Counted from the first letter of the stretch, positions 10,838-19,159 are shown. The stretch: DNA of 64,000 bases from an uncultured Candidatus Saccharibacteria bacterium (GCA_964580065.1 CAZOJE010000002.1:66978-130977), one strand, 5' to 3'. Notes: generated by a model from the letters alone, not told the origin. Numbers and translations: made by a program.

Positions 10838-11707
10838 CTAAATATCAACCCTAACTAAATTGGCTTGAATAATGAGCCGGTTTAATGACGTACCAACCGG
10901 CCAACAAGTCATCAAGGTCAGTGTTTCGAGTTTTGTTTCGTCTAATACTTCTACGTTTTTTGCCTCGATAACACGTTTGTCGGACACGGAGTAAACGTAA
11001 CGGCGGCCGTTGGCGTAAATTTCAACCTGATCGCCGCGAATCAGCTTGTCTAAAAGGGCAAAAACCGAATTATAGTCGCTATGAATCCAACTATAATTTG
11101 AAGAATGGCCGACAATGAAAATATTTCCGCCGTTGCCGGGCAAAGAAGTATTTTCATAATGAACCACGCCGCTGGTAAGTTTACTTAAGATTTCGTTTTC
11201 CGGCACGTTCCAGCTGATTGGTACATCTACCGAAATTTTTCCAATGATTAAGCGATCTTGTTTTGTCGGGTCTTCATTGAACGACGGAATGGACTCCGGT
11301 AGCCCAAGCGAATCGGGCGTGCTAGTAGCGGTTGGTGTTGATGTGCGCGTCGGGCTATTCGTGCTAATTTTGCCTTCTGGCGCTTTTTGATTGAGGTATT
11401 CGCTGTAATAGAGCCAATAAAATTGCTTCTTGAAGGCCGTGTAATTCATTGCCACGTAAAAGCTAAAAGTGACTATGCCGACAACAGCCGAAAACATCAG
11501 CAGGCGGTCGAGACTGTCAGGCCCTTTTTTATTTTTTTTCTCTTTGCTTTTTTTCGTCAGCGCAGTTTTACTGATTTCCTTTTTGACCTTTTTTAGCATC
11601 AGCTCATCTTGATGCGGCCGAATTTTTTTTACTTTTAAATTCGGCTCAAATTTTGGCCCATCGTTGTCTTTAAATATCTTCTTGAGATCGTCTTCAGTAA
11701 TTTTCAT
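10838..11707 (-). CDS. Sortase-family transpeptidase with a lysine-rich cytoplasmic N-terminus and a TM anchor
   Basis: Catalytic His (NIFIVGHSS) and the TLMTCWP Cys motif. An S/T/P-rich linker follows the TM helix. Confidence 0.7.
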   Translation of the reverse strand: MKITEDDLKKIFKDNDGPKFEPNLKVKKIRPHQDELMLKKVKKEISKTALTKKSKEKKNKKGPDSLDRLLMFSAVVGIVTFSFYVAMNYTAFKKQFYWLYYSEYLNQKAPEGKISTNSPTRTSTPTATSTPDSLGLPESIPSFNEDPTKQDRLIIGKISVDVPISWNVPENEILSKLTSGVVHYENTSLPGNGGNIFIVGHSSNYSWIHSDYNSVFALLDKLIRGDQVEIYANGRRYVYSVSDKRVIEAKNVEVLDETKLETLTLMTCWPVGTSLNRLIIQANLVRVDI

Positions 11708-13047
11708 TTATGGAAGTTTTTGCTGATAAATATAAGTGTTTGCTTTTTGCTTGCCGAGTTAGAAATAGCATAATCGTTGGCCTGCTCCAAGATTTGCTTG
11801 AATTTTGGACTCGGCTCAAAGCCAAGCTTAATCAAATCGTCTCCGGTAATGAGATTTTTTTTGGGAAATTTTGACATTTCCCTTTGATTTTTTTTCGCCG
11901 CGACTAAGTCGGATTGCATTTTTTCAACCAACTCCGTATTAACTGGATAAGTACCTTCGCTGTCAGCGCGCACTAACTCAATTAACATCGGAAAACGTGG
12001 GTCGAGGACAAAATTCATTTTTTTGCTGGGGCGCATTTTATCTATATCGCCAATGCGCATGTGGTAATGAATCAGCCATTCGACTGTTTCGATCTCATAA
12101 TTGGGAAATTTCAATCGACGCAATATTTCTGTGGCCTTAGCAGCAGACTGTTCAGCGTGATTATAAAAAGTAATACGGCCATTTTCTTCGTTAAAAGTTT
12201 GCGGCTTGGCAATATCGTGCAAAAGTACTGCCCACGCAATAAAACTAGGCGTGTCGCGTTTAAGCGAACGCAAAGCCAGATAAACGTGCGTAAAAACATC
12301 ACCCTCGTGATGATATTCTAATGGTTGCGGCACACCTTTAAGCGCCTCAAGCTCGGGAATAACTTCCTCTAAAATTCCGCTTTGAGAAAGTTCAATTAAC
12401 CCTATGTGACGATTAAAAGAAGAAAAAATGAGATTTAATTCGTCTCTTATTCTCTCGGGTGCCACTTCTTTGATTAGTTTTGATTTTGATTTGATAATGT
12501 TAAAGGTTTCGCGTGAATACTGAAAACCCAAAATTACCTTAAACCTTACCGCCCGAATCAAACGCAGATGATCTTCCTCGATTCTTTCCGAAGCGTCGCC
12601 AACAAATCTGATTACCCCTTTTTTGAGATCTTCTTCGCCGCCAACATAATCAATAACTTTATTTTTCAGCGGATCAAAAAAAAGGGCGTTAATTGTTAGG
12701 TCGCGTCGCCGGCAATCTTCTTGAGCTGACGAAAATTCAACATGGCTGGGGCGCCTTTTGTCCTCGTAACCGCTTTCAATTCTGAAAGTGGCCACTTCAA
12801 AATTTTCCTTTTGTTCAATCACATTTATGACGCCAAAACTTTTGCCGATTGCCACGGTAGAGGAAAAAAGTCTTTCAATCTCTTCTGGCAAAGCCGAAGT
12901 GGCAATATCATAGTCCTTAGCAGTTCTCCCTAAGAGCATGTCACGAACGCAGCCACCCGCAAAATAAGCTTCGTGGCCATTTTTCACGAGTTTTTTGACT
13001 ATTTCTGTCGCAAGCTGTTTTTTAGTTTTTTTCATCGGCTTTTTCAA
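11704..13047 (-). CDS. cca: CCA tRNA nucleotidyltransferase (poly(A) polymerase family head plus HD domain)
   Basis: Nucleotidyltransferase motif GGCVRDMLLGRTAKDYDIAT and an HD domain (HDIAK). Confidence 0.85.
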   Translation of the reverse strand: MKKPMKKTKKQLATEIVKKLVKNGHEAYFAGGCVRDMLLGRTAKDYDIATSALPEEIERLFSSTVAIGKSFGVINVIEQKENFEVATFRIESGYEDKRRPSHVEFSSAQEDCRRRDLTINALFFDPLKNKVIDYVGGEEDLKKGVIRFVGDASERIEEDHLRLIRAVRFKVILGFQYSRETFNIIKSKSKLIKEVAPERIRDELNLIFSSFNRHIGLIELSQSGILEEVIPELEALKGVPQPLEYHHEGDVFTHVYLALRSLKRDTPSFIAWAVLLHDIAKPQTFNEENGRITFYNHAEQSAAKATEILRRLKFPNYEIETVEWLIHYHMRIGDIDKMRPSKKMNFVLDPRFPMLIELVRADSEGTYPVNTELVEKMQSDLVAAKKNQREMSKFPKKNLITGDDLIKLGFEPSPKFKQILEQANDYAISNSASKKQTLIFISKNFHK

Positions 13048-13621
13048 CTTTCATAAGGCCGTGCCACCAGCTTGCCGTAAAGTTTACATCATTTTTCACC
13101 AAATTAAGGATTTGTTTGGCCGAATCGGTTTTGAGAGCATTTTCTACGTTTATTATCCATTCCCAACAGCCCCTATAGCCCGCTTCAAAATAAATTTTGG
13201 CTTGAATAGCGACTTCGAGCCAGTCGGCATCTTGGCAAATTATTCCTTCTTGGGTATTACGCGATCTTTTTTCTTCCGTTAAGGCAGCAATTTTTTCAGC
13301 TAATTCCTGCGGCAACATCGTTAATTGATCGGCTTCAACTTTCGACTCGACTTTTTTTGAGTCAATATAGCGTGCGCCAACCTTGTGTATGTCGCCAATT
13401 CTGATTTCGGCGATATCGTGAAAGATTGCCATCGAAGCAGTTTTCTCTGGATCAGCGCCCTCAAGATAGGCCAAAACATAAGCAATTTGGGCGGTTAGCA
13501 AGGAGTGTTCGGCAATGCTGTCAGGAAATGGAACCGAGGTCATTCGCACACCTTCGTGTTTGACTCGTTTCAACATTTGAAATTCTGAAAATAATTTCTT
13601 GATATTATTAAAATCCGTCAT
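13022..13621 (-). CDS. HD-domain phosphohydrolase (YfbR-like 5'-deoxynucleotidase)
   Basis: HS...HD motif (AEHSLL...IFHDIAEIRIGD), about 200 aa. Confidence 0.65.
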   Translation of the reverse strand: MTDFNNIKKLFSEFQMLKRVKHEGVRMTSVPFPDSIAEHSLLTAQIAYVLAYLEGADPEKTASMAIFHDIAEIRIGDIHKVGARYIDSKKVESKVEADQLTMLPQELAEKIAALTEEKRSRNTQEGIICQDADWLEVAIQAKIYFEAGYRGCWEWIINVENALKTDSAKQILNLVKNDVNFTASWWHGLMKVEKADEKN

Positions 13622-13837
13622 GCCCCTCCAGTTTCTATAATAAAGTTCTTTTTACGAAAACGTTTTTACCTAAAACGTTTCCGATTCCAGCTTTCTTATC
13701 TGATAAAATAGTATCAAATTGTCCTATTGGAAACAATGATACGACTTAGATACCGAAAAATCTTACCGAAATATTCTTCGTTAGATAGTTAAGAATCTTA
13801 CCAAAGTCTGTTAAACTGCCAAGATTATGTACGAAAA

Positions 13838-13858
13838 GGCCTCGCCAGAGGCGAGGCC
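13838..13858 (-). terminator. Perfect 9-bp hairpin GGCCTCGCC-AGA-GGCGAGGCC just downstream of the GC-rich ORF, with a short U run on the minus strand
   Basis: Seen in sequence. It sits 40 nt after the stop of ORF 13901-14581. Confidence 0.5.
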
Positions 13859-13900
13859 CGAACTACAAAGCGAAAGGGTTTATAAGTTAGAAGACAAGGG

Positions 13901-14581
13901 CTACGTGCGGGTATACACCCAGATCTTGTCGCCTTCGCAGAAGGCCTCTGGATCGCCGCAGAAGCCGTATAGACAGAGGCCATCGTCACCGTGTTCGACG
14001 CTGAAGACCCCGGAGGAGCAATGATCCGGGCAGGCGATAGGATCCATGTACATCAAACACTGTTCACCGAGAGGCTGTTGCCCTGGGTACTGCAATCGTA
14101 GCTGCGCGCCGGATTCGATCGGGAGCTTCTTTGCGCCGATCTTCTCAAGCGCTTCGAAGTTCTGCTTAACCTTGCAGCCGCAGGGATAGCCGAGTTCGGC
14201 GCTACTGGCCCTGTAGAGGTCTAGCGTGCCGAGCTCCGAGAGGAGTGTGAACTTCTCGCAACCCATGAGGTTGCCAGCCCAGTTGCCAATGTAGTAGCCC
14301 CTGCTCTGCAGGGCATGCTCCAAGGTAGGGACCGAAGCGAAATTGCCGACAGTAATCGTGGCAAACGGCGGGCGCTCGGGCAGCGGCATGTGCATCGCCT
14401 GCTCGGCAGCCAGTAGATTCCAGAGGTCGTGCATCCGACTGACTAACCAAGGGTAATCTTTGACCAGGGTGAGTTTTGCATCACAGCCCTGGTACTCCTT
14501 CGCAGCATCTTCGGCCATTTGGCCTATTTGCCGCGCCAGCCAATTCCTTTCGGTCACTTTGGAAGTACGCCGATCTGGCAC
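13901..14581 (-). CDS. Hypothetical Cys-rich protein (226 aa) encoded in GC-rich (about 56%) DNA; function unknown
   Basis: GTG start preceded by AAAGGGGAG 8 nt upstream. The C-terminus is Cys-rich (CPDHCSS...CLYGFCGDPEAFCEGD). Its composition is strongly atypical for this genome. Confidence 0.55.
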   Translation of the reverse strand: MPDRRTSKVTERNWLARQIGQMAEDAAKEYQGCDAKLTLVKDYPWLVSRMHDLWNLLAAEQAMHMPLPERPPFATITVGNFASVPTLEHALQSRGYYIGNWAGNLMGCEKFTLLSELGTLDLYRASSAELGYPCGCKVKQNFEALEKIGAKKLPIESGAQLRLQYPGQQPLGEQCLMYMDPIACPDHCSSGVFSVEHGDDGLCLYGFCGDPEAFCEGDKIWVYTRT

Positions 14582-14700
14582 CAGGTAGCTCCCCTTTCGT
14601 GTCCAACATGATATCTCGCTTCAAAGCGAGGTTCGCCCTTCGGGCTTAGCTATTTACCTGTAATTTCAGCTAAACAATTAAGCCCGAAGGATTATTGTTA
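14582..14700 (-). promoter_or_regulatory. Structured 5' leader of the GC-rich ORF
   Basis: Seen in sequence: a 12-bp perfect inverted repeat CCTTCGGGCTTA/TAAGCCCGAAGG enclosing about 30 nt, a GCCC-UUCG-GGGC tetraloop hairpin and a CTCGCT-TCAA-AGCGAG hairpin. Confidence 0.35.
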
Positions 14701-14954
14701 AGGTTCTATTCGAAGAGAAAAATATACATAAATACATTCAAAAAAACAAGGGTTCGGCTGGCATGGTGAATCCTCGTCAAAGCACATCATCTCGTTTCTA
14801 ATACCAAATCGTTCTTGTTCTGTGATAAGGTTTATCGTCCAGTGATTTTGCCTGACCCTTAAACCAAAATATTCCGTCAACTTTTACAGCGTTGGCTTGT
14901 AAAAACCTCTCCCTTAAAATTTTAGTGGCAAGCTCTATGGCCCACAGATCGTAT

Positions 14955-15317
14955 TTATTTTTCTAATTCCTCTTTCAGCAATGCAACAATTTGTTTTCTC
15001 ATAATCAGGTTTGGTCTTTCCGCTGAAATATCTGTAAATTTTATATTAAAGATTTTTTCCAATAACTCTTTTGTTCCGCTATCATGGGTAACAAAAAAGT
15101 TTTTGCAATCGGCAAGTTCAATTGTATTCTGAAAAACAAAATTTAAATTCATTGTTTGTTTAATCTTTTCAAGCGTTTGAGTAATTTCGCCACCCCTTTC
15201 TTCTATTAACTTCTTTGCGCCCATCATTTCAATTTGGGCAATACCAACTTTTTTGTCGCCCATAACAAACCATGCAAAATTGCCACTTACTTTTGCGACG
15301 CCTACTGTGCCTGGCAA
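14955..15317 (-). CDS. Hypothetical protein, possibly a 3' gene fragment. Its 5' end overlaps the IS30 remnant on the opposite strand
   Basis: ORF only; no recognisable motif. The real start may be the internal MMGAKK near 15227. Confidence 0.25.
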   Translation of the reverse strand: MPGTVGVAKVSGNFAWFVMGDKKVGIAQIEMMGAKKLIEERGGEITQTLEKIKQTMNLNFVFQNTIELADCKNFFVTHDSGTKELLEKIFNIKFTDISAERPNLIMRKQIVALLKEELEK

Positions 15318-15497
15318 AAAGGATCAATAAAAAACATTATTGGTCTAGTGAGACAATACTTGCCCAAAGGCAGTAACATCACTAATCTAACCAACGATGA
15401 CTTATACGTAATTCAAGAGCGTCTCAACAACCGACCAAGAAAAACCTTGAACTACCAAACACCAAATGAGATATTCAAACAAATAGCAACAAAGTGA
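15234..15497 (+). mobile_element. Remnant (C-terminal about 80 aa only) of an IS30-family DDE transposase
   Basis: DAYCAWQKGSIKNIIGLVRQYLPKGSNI...LNNRPRKTLNYQTPNEIF matches the IS30 transposase C-terminal signature (PYSPWQRG-NEN-NGLLRQYFPKG ... NNRPRK-LG-KTP-E-F). An in-frame stop lies at 15207, so there is no upstream DDE region. Confidence 0.6.
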
Positions 15498-15520
15498 TGT
15501 ACTAAATTCGAGAGCTCACC

Positions 15521-16424
15521 CTATTTACAATACTTTCTTAATTCTCCGGCTATTTCATCCGCGTCAATTTTGCTGTAATCTTCTCCAATCCAAAGCTTTA
15601 GTGCTTCAACAGCCTGGAATATCATCATATAGAGACCGGAACATACAGTAGCCCCCGATTGTTTTGCGTTACTTAAAAATTTCGTTTCATAGGGGTTAAA
15701 TATCGCGTCAAAAAAATACTTATTTTTCAAAGAACCGAGTTTGTTATAAATTTTTTGAGCAACTATCTCGCCATCATTGTCAGGGTACATTCCCACAGGA
15801 GTAGTATTAATTATAAAATCGGCTTTTGATATGTATTTTATTAGATTATTATCATTTAATTTTGCGTAAATTATTTTTTTATCTTTACTTGAAATATCAT
15901 CTGATAATTTCTCAGCCTGCTCTAGATCTCTGTTTACAATTAGAATGTTTTTGCTTTTTTTATATATCTCATATACAACCGCTCTAGCCGCGCCGCCCGC
16001 TCCGATAACCAACACAAAATCTCGTGGTAAAATACCTCTTAACTTCAATTCCATCGCCCTCATTGCTCCGGCTGCATCGGTATTATATCCGATTTTTTTA
16101 CCCCCCCCTGTACACAATTGTGTTTAGCGCCCCAATTTTCTTAACGGTATCATCCAACTTATCGACAAGTTTAATCGCAGTTACCTTATAAGGCAAGGTT
16201 ATATTAATTCCGGAGAATCCTAATTCTCCGAGATCATCAATATATTTGGCTAATCTTTTTTCGTTTTTGGTGAGGATTTTGACATGAGCATAACCGTCTT
16301 TAATTCCATTGGTTAAAATTCCAAACAAATAAGGCGAGATACTATGTTCAACGGGATTTCCCAATAAAGCTGAATATTTCATATCTTTGTTAATTTTAAA
16401 TATCGATTGTTTAAATCTTTCCAC
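15521..16424 (-). pseudogene. aroE: Shikimate/quinate 5-dehydrogenase (AroE family) split by a frameshift in a poly-G/poly-T tract at about 16098-16117
   Basis: The upstream ORF (16098-16424) has the substrate domain (SISPYLFG...KIGALNTIV). The downstream ORF (15521-16117) has the NTD-Gly junction plus a Rossmann GAGGAARAV motif. The junction reads IGALNTIVYRGG|GKKIGYNTDAAG across the homopolymer. Confidence 0.6.
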
Positions 16425-16954
16425 ACAGGTTCATCCTTTATCAATTCTTGGGAAACCTCTAAGAAGCACTTAATTTTGTCGATAAGATACTTTTTAAGTT
16501 TTTCATCATCAATCAACTTTATATAAAAACTATTGTCATAGATATCTGCACACTTTACAATTGTGGCTTCGTTTCCGCAGCTAACGGTGCGCTTGAACAT
16601 ATCCATATATCTATCTTTTTTATCTTTAATATCAGAATTAAATGACAATGCCGACACCACGTCTGCTATCTTGGGTCCGAATTGTTTTTTGATTTCAGAT
16701 TTGCTGGTGTTGCTGTCTTCGATCAGATCATGAAGCAACGCAACGATAATAATATCCTTGCCATATTCTTTATTCAATAGATAGAAAGCAGTTTTTACTG
16801 AGTGCAAAATAACCGGCTTGGAATTGTTGCCAGTCTCATTATATTTGGACACTAGAAAAAAAATAGCTCTTTCGATCTCTTTGGCGTTTTTGGGTTTGAT
16901 ATACAACTCATCTCCTTCTCGTAAATATACTATCACTCCTGTTAAATAATTCAA
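16379..16954 (-). CDS. Stand-alone HD-domain protein resembling the RelA/SpoT (p)ppGpp-hydrolase domain (small alarmone hydrolase-like)
   Basis: KPVILHSVKTAFYL...IIVALLHDLIEDSNTSKSEIKKQFGPKIADVV parallels the Rel HD region (ILHPL...AALLHDVVEDT...FG..VA.LV). Confidence 0.6.
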   Translation of the reverse strand: MNYLTGVIVYLREGDELYIKPKNAKEIERAIFFLVSKYNETGNNSKPVILHSVKTAFYLLNKEYGKDIIIVALLHDLIEDSNTSKSEIKKQFGPKIADVVSALSFNSDIKDKKDRYMDMFKRTVSCGNEATIVKCADIYDNSFYIKLIDDEKLKKYLIDKIKCFLEVSQELIKDEPVWKDLNNRYLKLTKI

Positions 16955-16988
16955 GGTTAATGCAAAACGGCCGCAGCTCCTTTCGGAG

Positions 16989-18050
16989 TCACGGCCGTTC
17001 GGTTAAGTTTGCGATATGATCGGCGAGAGACTTTGAATCACCGGACACATAGCGCAGGTCTGCTTGACCAAGAACCGCCGCGATGATGCTTTTACGCATC
17101 TCGAACAGTCTCTTGGAATCAAGCGAGGGGATGTATCCCATCAGGTCGTGGCTATCATTGCCGAGCATTACGGTACACGTTGATCGGATATAGCGAGAGA
17201 AGTTCTCATTCAGATACAGCCTCGTAACCAGATTGTTGGCTGCATCGGAGTAAACTTCTCCTTGATTCTCGTCTACGTGGACCATAAAGGCCCGCACAAT
17301 TGGTCTATTAGTCTGCTGTACCTCAATTTCCAGGTCTTCTGGCTGGATCTTCGTCTTGTGTAACCATGGATCAACCGTCGACTTCGGAAAAAACGGTAGC
17401 AGTTGCGGCTGACTTCTTCTGATTGACTCGTAGCGCAGGAAGAAGAATTTGGTCCCCCCAAGAGCAACCAAATCTTCTCCGGCAAGTCCGATGACTGCCA
17501 GATCGTTAGCGATCAATCTCGCGCTATGTCGCAGGCAGAGCTCAAGAGCAAGGGTGGTTTTGCCGGCCCCTTCCTTCCCAAGCAGTAATACTGCTCTGCC
17601 GTTGATTTCAACGCAAGCGGCATGCGCTGTCAGTGATGATCTCTGTTGACGTTGCAACTCGACCAGGGGATAGCCGAGATACAAAACGGTCTCCCCATTC
17701 CGCATCTGGTTCCATGGAAAGTGCACGTCAACGCTTCGTTTGCCAAACTCCAGGAGCGCTTCAGTGCTGTTGCGATACACCACTCGGTACACAGATTCGG
17801 AAGGCGAAGGCGACGCCTGAAAATCAGGAACAAAGCAGCTGTATCCCGATTTGGCAAACAACGGATACAGATCGACGTCGCTTGTGAAGTTCAAGTTGAC
17901 TCCGCACGATTCAATACTGCACAGGTGTGGCGTTTTCCTCACCTCCCTATCTGACCAGTGGAGTTTCCAGTATGTCTCGCAGATAATCGGCGTCAAGGAC
18001 GCACTCTTCGACCAGTCTTTGCACCTCTTTCTTATCAACATCTCTGTCAA
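16989..18050 (-). CDS. HPr kinase/phosphorylase-like P-loop protein (HprK C-domain homolog) in GC-rich DNA
   Basis: AVLLLGKEGAGKTTLALELCLRHSARLIANDLAVI matches the HprK signature [34 protein letters not shown] (Walker A followed by ALEL-x-R-H-x-L-ADD). Confidence 0.5.
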   Translation of the reverse strand: MTEMLIRKRCKDWSKSASLTPIICETYWKLHWSDREVRKTPHLCSIESCGVNLNFTSDVDLYPLFAKSGYSCFVPDFQASPSPSESVYRVVYRNSTEALLEFGKRSVDVHFPWNQMRNGETVLYLGYPLVELQRQQRSSLTAHAACVEINGRAVLLLGKEGAGKTTLALELCLRHSARLIANDLAVIGLAGEDLVALGGTKFFFLRYESIRRSQPQLLPFFPKSTVDPWLHKTKIQPEDLEIEVQQTNRPIVRAFMVHVDENQGEVYSDAANNLVTRLYLNENFSRYIRSTCTVMLGNDSHDLMGYIPSLDSKRLFEMRKSIIAAVLGQADLRYVSGDSKSLADHIANLTERP

Positions 18051-18504
18051 GACTGACCGACAGCATCCCGGGAGGTATCAGCGTTTGGCTGTTCTTGGAC
18101 ATGGCCAATACGGTACATCTCGCGCCCATTCGCTTCCAGATTTCTTTGGCGAGCACCGTTGTTATATGCCCCAAGACACGCCCCGTGTGGTACATGGGGT
18201 TTTTGCCGTACGGTGCTTCCATTGAGTGGAGTCGGCAGACGGAGATAACACCGTTGTTGGTGTTGCCTCTTCCGACCAGTCCCTCCTCACCAAACTCGAT
18301 ACAGCTGCCGGTTCCTAGAAGGTATAGCCTACTTGCCGAGTTCACGCTGACGGTTGCCTCATATGGACGACAACCTATCGGCGGAGAGTTCTCTTTTAGC
18401 CGTGAATTTATTAAATACTGCCGATCTAAAAAAGTATCAAGTGAAGCAAAACAATATGGAATAGATATATTTTTAACTACCCATGCGGTTGGCGGAGGAT
18501 TCAA
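17947..18504 (-). CDS. Hypothetical protein upstream of and overlapping the HprK-like gene; the two may be one gene if a frameshift is present
   Basis: ORF with a plausible amino-acid composition, co-oriented with the HprK-like gene. Competing plus-strand ORF 18095-19054 has S/P/L-rich wrong-frame-like composition in the overlapping GC-rich part. Confidence 0.3.
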   Translation of the reverse strand: MNPPPTAWVVKNISIPYCFASLDTFLDRQYLINSRLKENSPPIGCRPYEATVSVNSASRLYLLGTGSCIEFGEEGLVGRGNTNNGVISVCRLHSMEAPYGKNPMYHTGRVLGHITTVLAKEIWKRMGARCTVLAMSKNSQTLIPPGMLSVSLDRDVDKKEVQRLVEECVLDADYLRDILETPLVR

Positions 18505-18565
18505 AACGGGAGAGGTATTACTGGGCAGAAAATTTCACAAGCCCAGCTTCCCGAAGATTGTTCCG

Positions 18566-19054
18566 ATGTTTAAACAGGTTTATTCGTCAGCAATAAAAAC
18601 ATTATTAGACTATCCAATAAATAAAAATATTAATAGATCGATCAATGACCAGAAAACCATCTGCATAGATGATAATAATACGTTCAAGCACAGAGATAAG
18701 GTTAATGATCTGTTGGATTACTCTAAAAGACAGATTACAAAAAATGAACAATTATATAAGGATATTGGATTTACGAATTTTTCATTGTTTTCAAAGCAAA
18801 TTAATTCGGGTCAATCTATCACCTCAAAAGATTGGGGCAATATCTTAAGTGATTTTTTTGTTATCTTCATGAAATCTAATGATAAAAACGCAGCTTTGTC
18901 TGCAGAATTAATATCTCCATTGTTTTTTCTTAGGACAATATCATTTTGGTTTGAAGTATTAAATGAAACACCAATAGTAGTAGAAAAAAAACTTGAAGAC
19001 CAAGCAGAACTAATCAGAAAATTAACTTGGGACAAAATTAGAACCCATAAATAA
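18566..19054 (+). CDS. Hypothetical N/K-rich protein (AT-rich portion of ORF 18095-19054)
   Basis: Open frame only; internal Met at 18566. No family recognised. Confidence 0.2.
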   Translation: MFKQVYSSAIKTLLDYPINKNINRSINDQKTICIDDNNTFKHRDKVNDLLDYSKRQITKNEQLYKDIGFTNFSLFSKQINSGQSITSKDWGNILSDFFVIFMKSNDKNAALSAELISPLFFLRTISFWFEVLNETPIVVEKKLEDQAELIRKLTWDKIRTHK

Positions 19055-19159
19055 CAAACGGTTATTTACATACCTATCCTGCTATTCAATTAGGTAGAAA
19101 TTTTTATTTTCTTCTCCCACCTGTCTTCCCATCTTATAGAACAAACTTGCCTGTTCGCC

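Noticed and set aside
14202-14450. 82-aa minus-strand ORF and 65-aa plus-strand ORF (13827-14024) inside the GC-rich segment
   Set aside because: These are alternative frames of the 13901-14581 gene region and are Arg/Ala/Pro-rich. They are typical GC-rich frame artefacts.
14700-14955. 255-nt AT-rich ORF-free gap beside the IS30 remnant
   Set aside because: Quick translations showed no transposase-like frame. It may be degraded IS or intergenic DNA. There is not enough evidence to call a feature.
18095-18565. 5' part of plus-strand ORF 18095-19054
   Set aside because: It runs through GC-rich DNA where stops are rare on every strand. Its S/P/L-rich composition looks like a wrong frame, and it is antisense to a more protein-like ORF. 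Only the AT-rich 3' part (18566-19054) is retained, as a low-confidence CDS.
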